A stretch of DNA of 64,000 bases from an uncultured Candidatus Saccharibacteria bacterium (GTDB lineage Bacteria; Patescibacteriota; Doudnabacteria; UBA920). Made by a program: the position numbers and the translations under genes. How positions within the stretch are numbered: the first letter of the stretch is position 1; every line of letters starts with the position of its first letter. Below the pieces are notes generated by a model. It was not told where the DNA came from, made no database searches, and saw only the letters and a list, made by a program, of their open reading frames with translations. The stretch lies in the NCBI GenBank assembly GCA_964594755.1, contig CAZQMO010000005.1:1144-65143 (forward strand), written 5' to 3'. Below are positions 19,273-29,171 of the stretch, piece by piece.

Positions 19273-19941
19273 ATGAGATATTACGAACCATGGCACAGCT
19301 CAAACCACAGCCAAACCCCTTCTTTCATCTACGTGATGGAAGAAGAGCTCCGCGGACTACAGCCTGGGGTTTATACTCCGGAGATCAAAGGTTTCAGCTA
19401 CAAGTTACGGCTGGAACCAAAGCCGGGCGGAAAAACCATACTTCGGTACAACGACACCGAAGTGATAATAGACAGGGAGGATAAAGTCCGCCTCACTGCG
19501 GACGGTCAAATGGTGCTAATTAAAGGCCCAAACTACTATCAAGACGTGCTACGCAAAGTCATCGCCCGATCAAAACTCCCTCAAAAACTGCTGATCTACA
19601 GCGACCAGGAAGTCCGTGCAGACTACGGAGAAAATCTGCGCCTCCTAAACGCCAATACCTGGAAGGAACGGCCAGTGGCCCGCAGTAAGGAAGGAAAAAT
19701 GGTGGTTCTTTACGAACACTCTCACGACAGAACGACTACAAGATATCTACAATTCGTCGTGAGGGAACAATTCAAGCACGACGAAACTGTACTTACCGCA
19801 ATCGCCGGGATTGCCTCCAAATTCCCACAGACTCCTTCCGGCGCTTTCTCAAAAGCGTTAAGAGAACAGTGGGAACCATGGGTGCAAACTGCGGCTGAGC
19901 AGTATTACTCAGCCCAGACAACGGTCGCACAGCTAATTTAG
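19273..19941 (+). CDS. hypothetical protein (222 aa), no recognisable domain
   Basis: Strong RBS. GC-richer. Followed by a bidirectional terminator at 19971-20003 (cccccagact-ttag-agtctggggg then ttattttta). Confidence 0.55.
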   Translation: MRYYEPWHSSNHSQTPSFIYVMEEELRGLQPGVYTPEIKGFSYKLRLEPKPGGKTILRYNDTEVIIDREDKVRLTADGQMVLIKGPNYYQDVLRKVIARSKLPQKLLIYSDQEVRADYGENLRLLNANTWKERPVARSKEGKMVVLYEHSHDRTTTRYLQFVVREQFKHDETVLTAIAGIASKFPQTPSGAFSKALREQWEPWVQTAAEQYYSAQTTVAQLI

Positions 19942-20012
19942 CTGCGACGATGGCCTCCTGAAAATTTAAACCCCCAGACTTTAGAGTCTGGGGGTTATTT
20001 TTATAGAAATAT

Positions 20013-20615
20013 TTAGCTAAGTCCAAATAATGCCAGAAAAAATGTGACCACTGGTAATAAAATTTTATCAAGCACACCAAGCAATAAGAATGCTATTACT
20101 AGTAGGAAGCCAAATCGTTCCATCTCGAGAATCCGATACATCAGATTGTCTGGTAAAAACGATGCCAAAATCTTACTACCATCAAGCGGTGGAATAGGTA
20201 AAGCATTAAAGGTGCCTAATACTAAATTAAGAATCACGGCTTTAAGCCAAATATCTTCCATCACGCCACTAACTAAGCCAAAAGTAAGAGGTAGAGCAAA
20301 TAGTGCAGCCAAAATAAAGTTACTTAAAGGTCCAGCAACAGAAACTAAGGCCATGCCAAGCTTGCGAGGTTGTAAACTTTCAAAATTCACTGGTACCGGC
20401 TTGGCTGCGCCAAATATAATTGGACTGCCAACTAAAAGTAATAATCCTGGCAGCAAAATTGACCCAAATGGATCAATATGAGGAATCGGGTTTAAGGTAA
20501 TCCGACCGGCGTCACGTGCAGTACTATCCCCCAGCTTCTCTGCTACAAGACCGTGACTGATTTCGTGAACAATCACTGAAAACAGCAAAATTGCTAAAGT
20601 AATTAGAATATCCAT
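20013..20615 (-). CDS. site-2 protease family zinc metalloprotease (M50)
   Basis: 200 aa, polytopic membrane protein with the HEISHG (HExxH) motif. Confidence 0.8.
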   Translation of the reverse strand: MDILITLAILLFSVIVHEISHGLVAEKLGDSTARDAGRITLNPIPHIDPFGSILLPGLLLLVGSPIIFGAAKPVPVNFESLQPRKLGMALVSVAGPLSNFILAALFALPLTFGLVSGVMEDIWLKAVILNLVLGTFNALPIPPLDGSKILASFLPDNLMYRILEMERFGFLLVIAFLLLGVLDKILLPVVTFFLALFGLS

Positions 20616-20744
20616 ACTTGATTAGTTTAACAAAGTGTGTTAGAATCACCAAGTGCCTAACAGGCATCTGGAGCTGTAATTACAGCAAAGGACATCTTTT
20701 CAATAATTATTTCGGCCTCCGCTGAAATCTAAGGAACTAAGACT

Positions 20745-20936
20745 ATGCCAAAAATGTGTACAGTTTGCGGCAAGACTTATAGTAAAACTATCAAGCGTTC
20801 CCATAGTATGCGCGCATCTATCAAGCGGCTCCAGCCGAACTTGCAATGGACTCGCAACGACTCTGGTAACCGCGTAAAAGCTTGTACTCGCTGCATCAAG
20901 GCGAAGACAAAAAAGTTAACTAAAGTCACTGCATAA
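20745..20936 (+). CDS. rpmB: 50S ribosomal protein L28
   Basis: 63 aa MPKMCTVCGKTYSKTIKRSHSMRASIKRLQPNLQ; matches the L28 pattern (C..GK...SH....R...PNLQ). Confidence 0.85.
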   Translation: MPKMCTVCGKTYSKTIKRSHSMRASIKRLQPNLQWTRNDSGNRVKACTRCIKAKTKKLTKVTA

Positions 20937-20974
20937 TATTTAACCCCCGCCAAAGGCGAGGGTTTTTATATAGC

Positions 20975-21065
20975 TAGACACTGGTTTGCTCACTCAAGCT
21001 GTTGAGCTACGTCCCGCCTTGCGGGACTGGGCTGCAAATGCTTTCGCTTAGCAAACCAGTGTCTA
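20975..21065. other. 91-nt perfect-stem hairpin element (16-bp outer stem tagacactggtttgct / agcaaaccagtgtcta with an inner gtcccgc-ctt-gcgggac hairpin)
   Basis: Direct reading. It lies between the rpmB terminator and the cupin gene stop. It is not a canonical terminator on either strand: the A-run is on the wrong side. Confidence 0.6.
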
Positions 21066-21080
21066 AAAAAATTGAGGTGA

Positions 21081-21446
21081 TTAGTGATGCTCGGCGGCTT
21101 CTGCTTCGGCCTTGGTCTTATGCACCGTACCATCAGGATGTTCTGGCGGTGAGTAAACAGTAAATAACTTTAATGCCACAGTGCCAGCATTGATAATATT
21201 GTGCTTGGCACCTTCTGGAACATTAATTACATCACCAGTTGTAATCTCTGATTCTTGCCCATCTAAAACAGCCCTACCTGTTCCCTGTGCGATGTACAAG
21301 ATTTGGTCTAAGTCGTGAATTTCTTCGCCAATATCTTCGCCTGGCAAAATACTCATTAACACCAGTTGCGAATTCTTGTTGGTGGCAACTACTTGGCGAA
21401 AATACTCGTTAGCCAAAGTTTGCTCTAATAAATTTTTGATAACCAT
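21081..21446 (-). CDS. cupin-domain protein
   Basis: 121 aa; G(x)5HxH-like cupin pattern (EEIHDLDQILYIAQGTG...). Confidence 0.6.
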   Translation of the reverse strand: MVIKNLLEQTLANEYFRQVVATNKNSQLVLMSILPGEDIGEEIHDLDQILYIAQGTGRAVLDGQESEITTGDVINVPEGAKHNIINAGTVALKLFTVYSPPEHPDGTVHKTKAEAEAAEHH

Positions 21447-21456
21447 ATATGTCCTT

Positions 21457-24105
21457 TCAATCCCTCTGCCAATATCTTATCAGTCGACGAACAACCTTTA
21501 CAAGCTCCTCCCAAATTAAAATTGAAGAAGCTACTACTAGAGTAACTAGCCATTCATTTAGGCTCAAATCAACTGTTCCCAAAATCTTCTGCAACGGACC
21601 CCAAGTCACTGCCAACCACTGCAGCACAGCTACAGCGCCAATCGCCGCCCATAACCAGGGGTTAGAGAAAGGGCGCTGAAAAACCGAGCGTGTCTCGCTG
21701 CGACAATTAAAAGCATTGTACCACTGGAAAATCGCCAGCACTGTCAGAGCCATGCTCTGGGCTTTGAGCAAGTCGCCATCTTTATAGAAATCAAATAACC
21801 AAAGTGCTGCCACTGCCATGATGAGAGCCATTGGTAGCATGCGTACCAAAGTAGCAAAATCAACCATATAGCGACTTGGCTTTCGAAACGGTTCGCGCAA
21901 CAAATTACCTTCCTTGGGTTCAGCAGCGAAAGCAACAGTCAAAAACCCATCTGTAACCAAGTTCAACCATAATATTTGCACTGCAGTTACTGGTAAAGGC
22001 CAGGCTAACAGTAGAGCCCCAACGATAGTAAATAACTCACCAAAACTTGTCGAAGTTAAGTACAGAATTGCCCGCTTAATTGTTTTATAAATATTCCTAC
22101 CCTCCTCTACTGCAGCGGCGATGGTAGAAAAATTATCATCTAACAAAATGATATCAGCCGACTCCTTGGTAACTTCGGTACCGGTCCTGCCCATAGCAAT
22201 CCCCAAATCAGCTGCTACAAGAGATGGAACGTCATTCACCCCGTCGCCTGTCATTGCAGTCACCCTACCTAAATCTTGATAACCCTTCACAATGCGCAGT
22301 TTATTTTCTGGAGTAATCCGCGCAAATACAGAAACCCCTGGCAGCTGTGCCTCAAGTTCATTGTCCGACAAAGAGGCCAAGTCCTGACCAGTAAGTACTT
22401 TATCTCCTGCCTCATAAATTCCTGCTTGCTTGGCAATGGCTTTGGCAGTTTCGGGCCAGTCTCCAGTAATCATCACAACTTTAATTCCCGCAGATTTTAC
22501 ATCTGCCACAGCCTGCGGCACCTCACGGTGAAGCGTATCCTGCATCCCGTACAAACCGCCAAAATGGAGTGTAGGCATTTTTTCTGGATCCACCACACCA
22601 CTTACTTCTGCAAAACCAAAAGCAATAATCCGCAAACCTTGCCCGGCCATCTCCTGCATGGACTGATCAAAATCCTTATGCTCTCTCCCAGACAATTGAG
22701 CTACAGCTTCCGGAGCACCAACAACAGCCAGTGTATGTTTACCGTTATCCTCAAAAACTATGGCCCGATACTTGCGCCGATAATCAAACGGGATTTCCTG
22801 AATGAGCTTGTGTTTAGCCAACATGTCATCTTTACGAAACCCTAATTTTTCTGCCAACACTAACATAGAAGCTTCTGTAGGATCACCACTAACCAACCAA
22901 GCTTTACTTTCAGGGTTATAAATCAGTTCTGCTGATGCAAAGGCCGCAAACTTTGCTGCCAACAGCAGCTCCGGTGTGTCATCAGGCACAACCTGCTGAC
23001 CATGATAACTTGCAGAACCCTCGGGCTCGTACCCTCGACCAGCAACTTCAAACATTTTTCCGCCCACAAATACCTTAGTCACAACCAGCTGATTGCGAGT
23101 GATGGTGCCAGTTTTATCTACGGCAATCACGTTGGCATGCCCGAGCGCTTCCACAGCAGCCAGTTTTTTAACCAGTGCTTTACGTTGGCTCATTCGCCAA
23201 ACTCCGTTCGCCAAAATAAGTGTCATTACGATTGGTAAACCAGATGGAATCAGCGAAACAGCTAAGGCCACTGAAGTCTTAATCATTACGAATAGTGGCA
23301 CACTTACCCATAAACCCAAGGCGACTAGACCTAAACTAAACAAGCCAACACTTATAACAATGAGTCTGGATAAGTAACGGATATTTTTTTGCAAAGGTAT
23401 TTCAGTGTCCAAACCCATTACCTTAGCAGAGAGTTGTCCAATTTGAGTATTAGTACCTGTTGCAGTCACAACGAATCTAGCACTACCAGCAACTAAAGCA
23501 GTGCCTTTAAACACCATGTTCAATTGATCTGCCGGGTTGAGCTTCGGCAAACCCTCTTGGCCCTTTACTGGTTCGACAATTTTAGTTACTGGTGTAGATT
23601 CACCAGTTAAAGAAGCTTCATCGACGGTCGCCGCGACAACTTCTACAATACGACCATCAGCAGGAACACGATCTCCCTCATGCAAGACCACCAGATCACC
23701 GGGCACCAGCTCAGTATCTGGGATAATCACCTCTTTACCTCCTCTTACAACTAAGGCTTTGGTCTGAAGAAAATTTTTCAAAGCGGCCAACGTATTATTA
23801 GCCCGACCCTCCTGAACCGTACCGATTACAGCATTAAACAAAAGTACCAAAGAAATTACAATACTATCAGCCACATCCCCCATTGCCGCAACCACAATAC
23901 TGACAATTACCAAAATATACACTAACGGGCTTTTGAACTGGTTAAAGAAAATTTTAATAGTTGATGGCAATTCAGCTTCGGGTAAAGCATTGGGGCCATT
24001 CTGCTGGAATCGCAAAGCGGCCTCTTTTTCGGAGAGGCCGTCAGTAGAAGTTTGAAGTTCTGTAAAAACTTGTTCAGTTGTACTTTGATACCAGTTTTGT
24101 TTCAT
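21457..24105 (-). CDS. P-type cation-transporting ATPase (P2-type, Ca2+/Mg2+-like)
   Basis: 882 aa; DKTGTIT phosphorylation motif; TGDWPETA; MTGDGVNDVPSL hinge. Confidence 0.9.
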   Translation of the reverse strand: MKQNWYQSTTEQVFTELQTSTDGLSEKEAALRFQQNGPNALPEAELPSTIKIFFNQFKSPLVYILVIVSIVVAAMGDVADSIVISLVLLFNAVIGTVQEGRANNTLAALKNFLQTKALVVRGGKEVIIPDTELVPGDLVVLHEGDRVPADGRIVEVVAATVDEASLTGESTPVTKIVEPVKGQEGLPKLNPADQLNMVFKGTALVAGSARFVVTATGTNTQIGQLSAKVMGLDTEIPLQKNIRYLSRLIVISVGLFSLGLVALGLWVSVPLFVMIKTSVALAVSLIPSGLPIVMTLILANGVWRMSQRKALVKKLAAVEALGHANVIAVDKTGTITRNQLVVTKVFVGGKMFEVAGRGYEPEGSASYHGQQVVPDDTPELLLAAKFAAFASAELIYNPESKAWLVSGDPTEASMLVLAEKLGFRKDDMLAKHKLIQEIPFDYRRKYRAIVFEDNGKHTLAVVGAPEAVAQLSGREHKDFDQSMQEMAGQGLRIIAFGFAEVSGVVDPEKMPTLHFGGLYGMQDTLHREVPQAVADVKSAGIKVVMITGDWPETAKAIAKQAGIYEAGDKVLTGQDLASLSDNELEAQLPGVSVFARITPENKLRIVKGYQDLGRVTAMTGDGVNDVPSLVAADLGIAMGRTGTEVTKESADIILLDDNFSTIAAAVEEGRNIYKTIKRAILYLTSTSFGELFTIVGALLLAWPLPVTAVQILWLNLVTDGFLTVAFAAEPKEGNLLREPFRKPSRYMVDFATLVRMLPMALIMAVAALWLFDFYKDGDLLKAQSMALTVLAIFQWYNAFNCRSETRSVFQRPFSNPWLWAAIGAVAVLQWLAVTWGPLQKILGTVDLSLNEWLVTLVVASSILIWEELVKVVRRLIRYWQRD

Positions 24106-24153
24106 TGGGTATGGCTTAAGGTCATTATAACCTATAATCTCTGCAAGAAAACT

Positions 24154-25245
24154 TTATCGCATCATTAGAATATACCAGCAAGCCAGGAATACTATTGTCC
24201 ACCATCCTAAGAACGAAATAATAAAGCTTAAAAAGATTTTGCTCTGTATGGAATCCGGCAAAATTTTTGCAATATCTCCGTCCTTTTCTCTTTGCAATAA
24301 TCTTGGGCTGACGTAAAAAGTTAAGAACAAACCGTTTATAATCAAAATTACCAATAAAACTGCTTGGAAGAAAGCAACACCAGTCAGCCAGCTCTCTCTG
24401 TACATAATCCCAAAACCTGATAATAACAAAAGTAGTCCAAGCCATATCAAAGGCTTAGTTACTTTATGGGCCCGGATGGTAGACTCAGTCCAATACTCTG
24501 ACTTACGCCCGAGAAAACCTAATGTATCAATAACTGTTACGGCACCTAAGCCAATAATTAGCCCAGCAAACATCAAAAACAGTCCCAACAACTCTAGCCA
24601 TGGCACCTGTTGATCTCCTACTAACCCCAACTTCAGCATGAATACGTTTTGAAGCAGACTCAAAAAATTAGCGTCTTCAAAATTTTCTACCGTACCAACA
24701 CCTAAAGTATAATCACCAATTTGCTCAGTGGGTTCGTCTACAATAAGAAAATAATTTTGCTTAACTTGCACTTCCAGCTGATATTGCTCACTTTTCCAAT
24801 ATCTTTCAAAACTATACTCTTCGTAAAAATTGCCGTCTTGGTGAGTATTGGCGATTTTCATCAAACTATAACCTTCCGGCAAAGTCGCTTGAATTTCATC
24901 ATTTACAACCACTCTGTCTCTCGGGATATTTTTGGCTGCAATATATAAATTAGGAAAAAAATTCTCGTTCGCTGTCCGCATAGGCACCAAGATTTCTACA
25001 GGTATAGTTGCTCGATTCTCTGGTACAAATACAAATACATCCCTCTGCCCCGGCTCACTTAGTAGACCATAAACAGCTTGTGAGGTAACTGTGGGATCCT
25101 GCAGTGTCGTAGCTTGAAAATAAACTGACTGCTGAGTAACAGCACCCTCACCCGACGGTTCAATGATTGGTTGATGACCAAAAACTTGCGTTGGTAAAAT
25201 AACCGAAGCAAGTACGATTGTAAAAATTATTTGTTTAATTGCCAT
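24154..25245 (-). CDS. hypothetical membrane protein (signal peptide, extracytoplasmic domain, C-terminal TM bundle)
   Basis: Start assigned to MAIKQIIFTIVLASVILPTQVFG. The ORF-track start at 25329 overlaps the upstream gene. Confidence 0.5.
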   Translation of the reverse strand: MAIKQIIFTIVLASVILPTQVFGHQPIIEPSGEGAVTQQSVYFQATTLQDPTVTSQAVYGLLSEPGQRDVFVFVPENRATIPVEILVPMRTANENFFPNLYIAAKNIPRDRVVVNDEIQATLPEGYSLMKIANTHQDGNFYEEYSFERYWKSEQYQLEVQVKQNYFLIVDEPTEQIGDYTLGVGTVENFEDANFLSLLQNVFMLKLGLVGDQQVPWLELLGLFLMFAGLIIGLGAVTVIDTLGFLGRKSEYWTESTIRAHKVTKPLIWLGLLLLLSGFGIMYRESWLTGVAFFQAVLLVILIINGLFLTFYVSPRLLQREKDGDIAKILPDSIQSKIFLSFIISFLGWWTIVFLACWYILMMR

Positions 25246-25691
25246 ATTTCTTTCGTGAGTTTTGTTGCAATCGCTACCCAAATTAGATATGGAACTAATA
25301 GTAAGGCTGGTAATAAGTAAGTTGGCCACATAATGATGATCGCTATAATCGTACTAATATTTAAATAAATCATCTGCTTGTAAGCTTTTGCTATGTTATG
25401 CTCCACAAAAAAAGTTCTATTCCAGATAATATTTAGATAACCATTAACGAGCATCACCGCTAACAGCACCCAACTCCAAACACTTATCTGCGTAACAGTC
25501 CAAAACAACAGCATTGAGACCAAAATCAATAAATATAAAAATATCCAAATTTCCTTGATTAATTTCCGAGAAGGAGTCCAACTTGGTTTGCGCAAACTTT
25601 GGTACCAGTCCAAACCTTGTTTGGTATATTTAGTGCCACGGTAAGCCACTAAAGCGACTAGAATTGGAATAATAAAATAACTAATTTTCAT
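25227..25691 (-). CDS. TspO/MBR family (tryptophan-rich sensory protein)-like membrane protein
   Basis: 154 aa with 5 TM segments. WYQSLRKPSWTPSRKLIKEIWIFLYLLILVSMLLFW resembles the TspO N-terminal consensus. Confidence 0.55.
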   Translation of the reverse strand: MKISYFIIPILVALVAYRGTKYTKQGLDWYQSLRKPSWTPSRKLIKEIWIFLYLLILVSMLLFWTVTQISVWSWVLLAVMLVNGYLNIIWNRTFFVEHNIAKAYKQMIYLNISTIIAIIIMWPTYLLPALLLVPYLIWVAIATKLTKEIWQLNK

Positions 25692-26316
25692 ATGGCTGAT
25701 AATTAATTTGTTCGATAAATTTAATATTATTTTCTTGGCACAGCTGTTTCAGCATGGCGTAAAATGGTCCACCAAACTTCAGAAATCCATCATGGATGGG
25801 AATTACCACTTTTGGTTTTACGCTTAACACAAAATCCATGGTTTCAGAAATTTTAGACCACGGCGCCACAATAGGCAAAAGTAAAATTTCTACTGACACG
25901 GGTGGGGTTTGCAAACTATCCCCGGGATGAAAAACTATTTGATTAATTAAATAACCGGTGTTAGCAATTTTTGGGAAACTTTCATGAATAGTAGCGTGGT
26001 CGCGACCATGAGCAGTGATCTCTAGATGTCCAACTTCAGCAGATTGTGGTTCCGCCAATACATTAATGTTAAAGTTAAGCGGCCTAATTTCATTGGCAAC
26101 TTCTTGATTACAAATCACAGTCATGTCCGGATTAGCTTGGGCTAACAAACTTAAATTTTCCTTGCTCAAGTGGTCTTTGTGCTTATGAGTGATTAGCACT
26201 GCATGCAAGTCAGGCGAAGTTTCGGGCAATTCTGAATATACTCCCGGATCAATCATGATCCGAGTGTGATGGTCCTCAATTAAAACGCAAGAATGGCCGA
26301 ATTTTGTTATTGTCAT
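25681..26316 (-). CDS. MBL-fold metallo-hydrolase
   Basis: 211 aa; LITHKHKDHL (HxHxDH). Confidence 0.75.
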   Translation of the reverse strand: MTITKFGHSCVLIEDHHTRIMIDPGVYSELPETSPDLHAVLITHKHKDHLSKENLSLLAQANPDMTVICNQEVANEIRPLNFNINVLAEPQSAEVGHLEITAHGRDHATIHESFPKIANTGYLINQIVFHPGDSLQTPPVSVEILLLPIVAPWSKISETMDFVLSVKPKVVIPIHDGFLKFGGPFYAMLKQLCQENNIKFIEQINYQPYEN

Positions 26317-26346
26317 AAACTAATGTTATCAAAAACTTACCTCTCA

Positions 26347-28056
26347 CTACCAACTACCGCCTCCGCCTCCGCCGCCTCCGCCTCCGCCGCCACCACCGGA
26401 AAAACCACTACCACCTGTGGCTGATGAAGAAACTGAACCAACAGCTGACTGCATAGAACTAGAAAAATCACCGATAGATTGTGAAAAGGCTACCGCACTA
26501 AAGCTGGCGCCGGTAGAATCACCATACCAAGCTGGTTGACGGTTATAAATTCCTTCGAACTGCTTAGCCCACTCCTTCTCTACTTTAAGGGCGATTGCAT
26601 ACGGCAATAATTTTTCAAAAAGTTCTGGATTTTTTTCTGGAGAATTATGGAATTGTAGACGATCTTTTTCTGCAACTATTAGGTAATGCTTTAAACCCAA
26701 TACATGCTCACGAGCTTCCGAACCTTGTTTAGAGCGGGCTGGTATTAAATAAATGAATACCGAGATAATAATTATTGAAATTAATACAGCAAATCCAGCA
26801 ATCCAGCCAAATGTACCGAAAGTGAATACAGTAACCCAAATTGAAAAAAATGAAGCCAGAACTTTCCATAAAACACGAGACCAAGAATGATTATGCTTGT
26901 AGTAACCTAATTTAACCAAATGCTCGGTGACATCTTTCTCTAAATCTAGGACAAACGACTGAAAAAAAGTATTCGTTTTCAAAGAAGACAAATCAAGAGA
27001 ACCACTACTAAATCCCAGTTTGTTGTAGAGTCTGCGAGTTAGTTCTGGAAGCAAATTAGTATCTTTATTGAGATCGTATAATTTATAATCGCTAGATTTA
27101 AAAATTCCCAAAACCTTTTTTTCGATGCGCTCAATTTTGATAAAACCTTCTGTGGCAAGATAAACTAACTCAGCTGTTAAATCTCTGCCGTGAAGCCGAT
27201 TATCAAGCAACACGCCAATGTACATTGGGGTTAACCCTTCAGGTGGTTCGTACTGAGCGATAATTATGCCGCGACCGAGCTCATCTCTGCCGTAAGCTCG
27301 CCACACTAAAAACATAATTAAGAACACCGCAACTGGCAGACCTAACACTAGATTATCCCTGATAGTGTACAAAATGAGTTGCCAAATACTTGGTTCAAAG
27401 ATTACTCCCTTAGGGACAGCCGTAACGACTGTAAAACCATCGCCTGGCGCTAATGGTTTTTGAGCAACAAACATTATGCTATTAGGGTCAGGTTGATTAG
27501 ACTGACAAGTACTTGTGTCAGTAGTGCCGTCAGGACCAACAAAGCAAGTTTGCTTAGAAATTTCAGACGGCATAGTCACAATCACCGTACTCGTCAAAAT
27601 CGGCACAGTCCAATTACTCCCTACCGCATTCCAGTACAGCTCATCATGATTATCAAAATAGTTGATGGCTCGTTCTACTTTGTAACTTATTTGGTATAAG
27701 TTGGCACCAGTCACATAGCTGTCAGGATCGCCAATCTTTAGTTGCAATTCGCCGTCCACATTGGATTGCTGAAACTGATAAGGCTGTCCCAATTCATTTA
27801 CCACTTTGATGTCGCTATAGCGAAGCTTGAAAATCCCACCGCGCGCTGAGTAGCGATAAGGAATATTCCTAAAAATGCCGTGCCGCTGTGCCGAGCCAAA
27901 ATCGTACAAAATATCTTCCTTAACCTCTACACTGCTATCCTGATTGACTGTAATATGCACATTATACTGCCGAATAACCTCGCTATCCGCTTGAGCATTA
28001 GCCGTGTTCGGAAGAAAGACGAACAGACAAAAAATTATTAACAGCAGTTTTTTCAT
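26347..28056 (-). CDS. DUF2207-family membrane protein with a poly-Gly C-terminal tail
   Basis: 569 aa. Signal peptide, large N-terminal domain, TM helices. The C-terminus GGSGFSGGGGGGGGGGGGGGSW is encoded by a (GGC/GCC)n tract at 26350-26400. Confidence 0.65.
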   Translation of the reverse strand: MKKLLLIIFCLFVFLPNTANAQADSEVIRQYNVHITVNQDSSVEVKEDILYDFGSAQRHGIFRNIPYRYSARGGIFKLRYSDIKVVNELGQPYQFQQSNVDGELQLKIGDPDSYVTGANLYQISYKVERAINYFDNHDELYWNAVGSNWTVPILTSTVIVTMPSEISKQTCFVGPDGTTDTSTCQSNQPDPNSIMFVAQKPLAPGDGFTVVTAVPKGVIFEPSIWQLILYTIRDNLVLGLPVAVFLIMFLVWRAYGRDELGRGIIIAQYEPPEGLTPMYIGVLLDNRLHGRDLTAELVYLATEGFIKIERIEKKVLGIFKSSDYKLYDLNKDTNLLPELTRRLYNKLGFSSGSLDLSSLKTNTFFQSFVLDLEKDVTEHLVKLGYYKHNHSWSRVLWKVLASFFSIWVTVFTFGTFGWIAGFAVLISIIIISVFIYLIPARSKQGSEAREHVLGLKHYLIVAEKDRLQFHNSPEKNPELFEKLLPYAIALKVEKEWAKQFEGIYNRQPAWYGDSTGASFSAVAFSQSIGDFSSSMQSAVGSVSSSATGGSGFSGGGGGGGGGGGGGGSW

Positions 28057-28553
28057 AATAATCTCTCACTGACCTGACCTACTATAATGCCAACTAAAAT
28101 CGCCACCCCACCCATAGCCAAAGTAAACACGCCGTCGCCAAACATTTTTTTGTTTGCCATACGACCGTTGATGGCACCTAAAACAAACAACGCTACCAAA
28201 GATAAGGCGATTGAACTCAACCAAGCCTGTTTCCCTGAAAAATAAAAGTATGGGGCTAGCGGGATTACTCCAGCTAAAATATACGACAGTAACATGATAA
28301 TGGAAGCACGAACCGGACTGCGTAAAGAAGTACCTTTACGCTCATACTCCTCTACGGAACGCTCAGATACTAAAGAACCCACCGCCATAGAAAACCCTTC
28401 CACAAAAATTAAAACCAAACCAGTAATAATAATTGTTTCTTTGGCAACACCAACCACTGCAATACCTGCAAGTAGGCCCACAGTGGAAACTAAACTATCC
28501 TCTACTCCAAAAGTAAAGTTACGGATGAATAAACTTTTGTCCCGCTTGATCAT
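28053..28553 (-). CDS. VIT1/CCC1-family (iron/manganese transporter-like) membrane protein
   Basis: 166 aa with 5 TM segments; VIT-family-like. Confidence 0.6.
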   Translation of the reverse strand: MIKRDKSLFIRNFTFGVEDSLVSTVGLLAGIAVVGVAKETIIITGLVLIFVEGFSMAVGSLVSERSVEEYERKGTSLRSPVRASIIMLLSYILAGVIPLAPYFYFSGKQAWLSSIALSLVALFVLGAINGRMANKKMFGDGVFTLAMGGVAILVGIIVGQVSERLL

Positions 28554-28554
28554 C

Positions 28555-28881
28555 TTAGCGATTATCCCCTTGTCCGGTCAGCTGACCACGGTCTTTACGG
28601 CTATGTAATTTTTCGATATTTGCCTCCGCGACTTCTTCTAGCGTGTAGCCAAGCTGAGTGGTTAAAAAATTTACATACCAGAGCACATCGCCCAGTTCTT
28701 TTTTTAAATCCGCTTTCATCTCTTCGCTAATGGTATTATTACCTTCCCGAATGACGCGTTTTAGCTTTCCGGCAACTTCACCGGCCTCACTGGCCAGGCC
28801 TAGACCGCCATAATTATAACTCTGTTCACCGTACTCTAACGCGGTTTCCATTGCCTTTTTCTGATATTCTTCAAATGTCAT
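28555..28881 (-). CDS. MazG-like nucleotide pyrophosphohydrolase
   Basis: 108 aa; EAGEVAGKLKR...ELGDVLWY, typical MazG motifs. Confidence 0.75.
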   Translation of the reverse strand: MTFEEYQKKAMETALEYGEQSYNYGGLGLASEAGEVAGKLKRVIREGNNTISEEMKADLKKELGDVLWYVNFLTTQLGYTLEEVAEANIEKLHSRKDRGQLTGQGDNR

Positions 28882-28940
28882 AAGCGTTAATTAATTACTC
28901 TAATTATACCACTTTAAAACCGCCTTTACGGCGGTTAGAA

Positions 28941-29009
28941 GGTTGTGGTCGGGATATTAGAAATCGAACCCAGTCTACACCCACACGAATCAAGTATTTT
29001 GTACTTGCC
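28941..29009 (-). pseudogene. degenerate tRNA-like fragment: diverged copy of the 3' half of the adjacent tRNA-Pro, preceded by a CAAGUA-AAAAU-UACUUG hairpin
   Basis: Reverse complement ...GUGGGUGUAGACUGGGUUCGAUUUCUAAUAUCCCGACCA versus tRNA-Pro ...GGGUGUAGACCGAGUUCGAUUCUCGGUACCCCGACCA. The T-stem is broken and no cloverleaf can be drawn. Confidence 0.5.
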
Positions 29010-29083
29010 CTGGTCGGGGTACCGAGAATCGAACTCGGTCTACACCCACCCCATGGGCGCGTACTACCGGTATACTATACCCC
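29010..29083 (-). tRNA. tRNA-Pro (anticodon GGG)
   Basis: Manual fold: acceptor CGGGGUA/UACCCCG; D-arm GUAU-ACCGGUA-GUAC; anticodon stem CGCCC/GGGUG with loop AUGGGGU; T-arm CCGAG-UUCGAUU-CUCGG; CCA encoded. Confidence 0.75.
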
Positions 29084-29171
29084 GACACCGGCAAGTACAA
29101 AATTTTAATGCGCTACTACTCCGCCGAAAGTGACAAAGCCACATTCCGACCAGTATGCTATATCCCGGTAA

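Noticed and set aside
26350-26400. Regular short repeats that could be mistaken for a CRISPR-like array
   Set aside because: It is a (GGC/GCC)n trinucleotide tract inside the DUF2207 ORF encoding poly-Gly. There are no spacers and no 25-40-nt repeat unit.
28941-29009. Second full tRNA adjacent to tRNA-Pro
   Set aside because: Only the 3' half aligns to tRNA-Pro. The T-stem does not pair and no acceptor 5' strand exists, so it is called a degenerate fragment rather than a gene.
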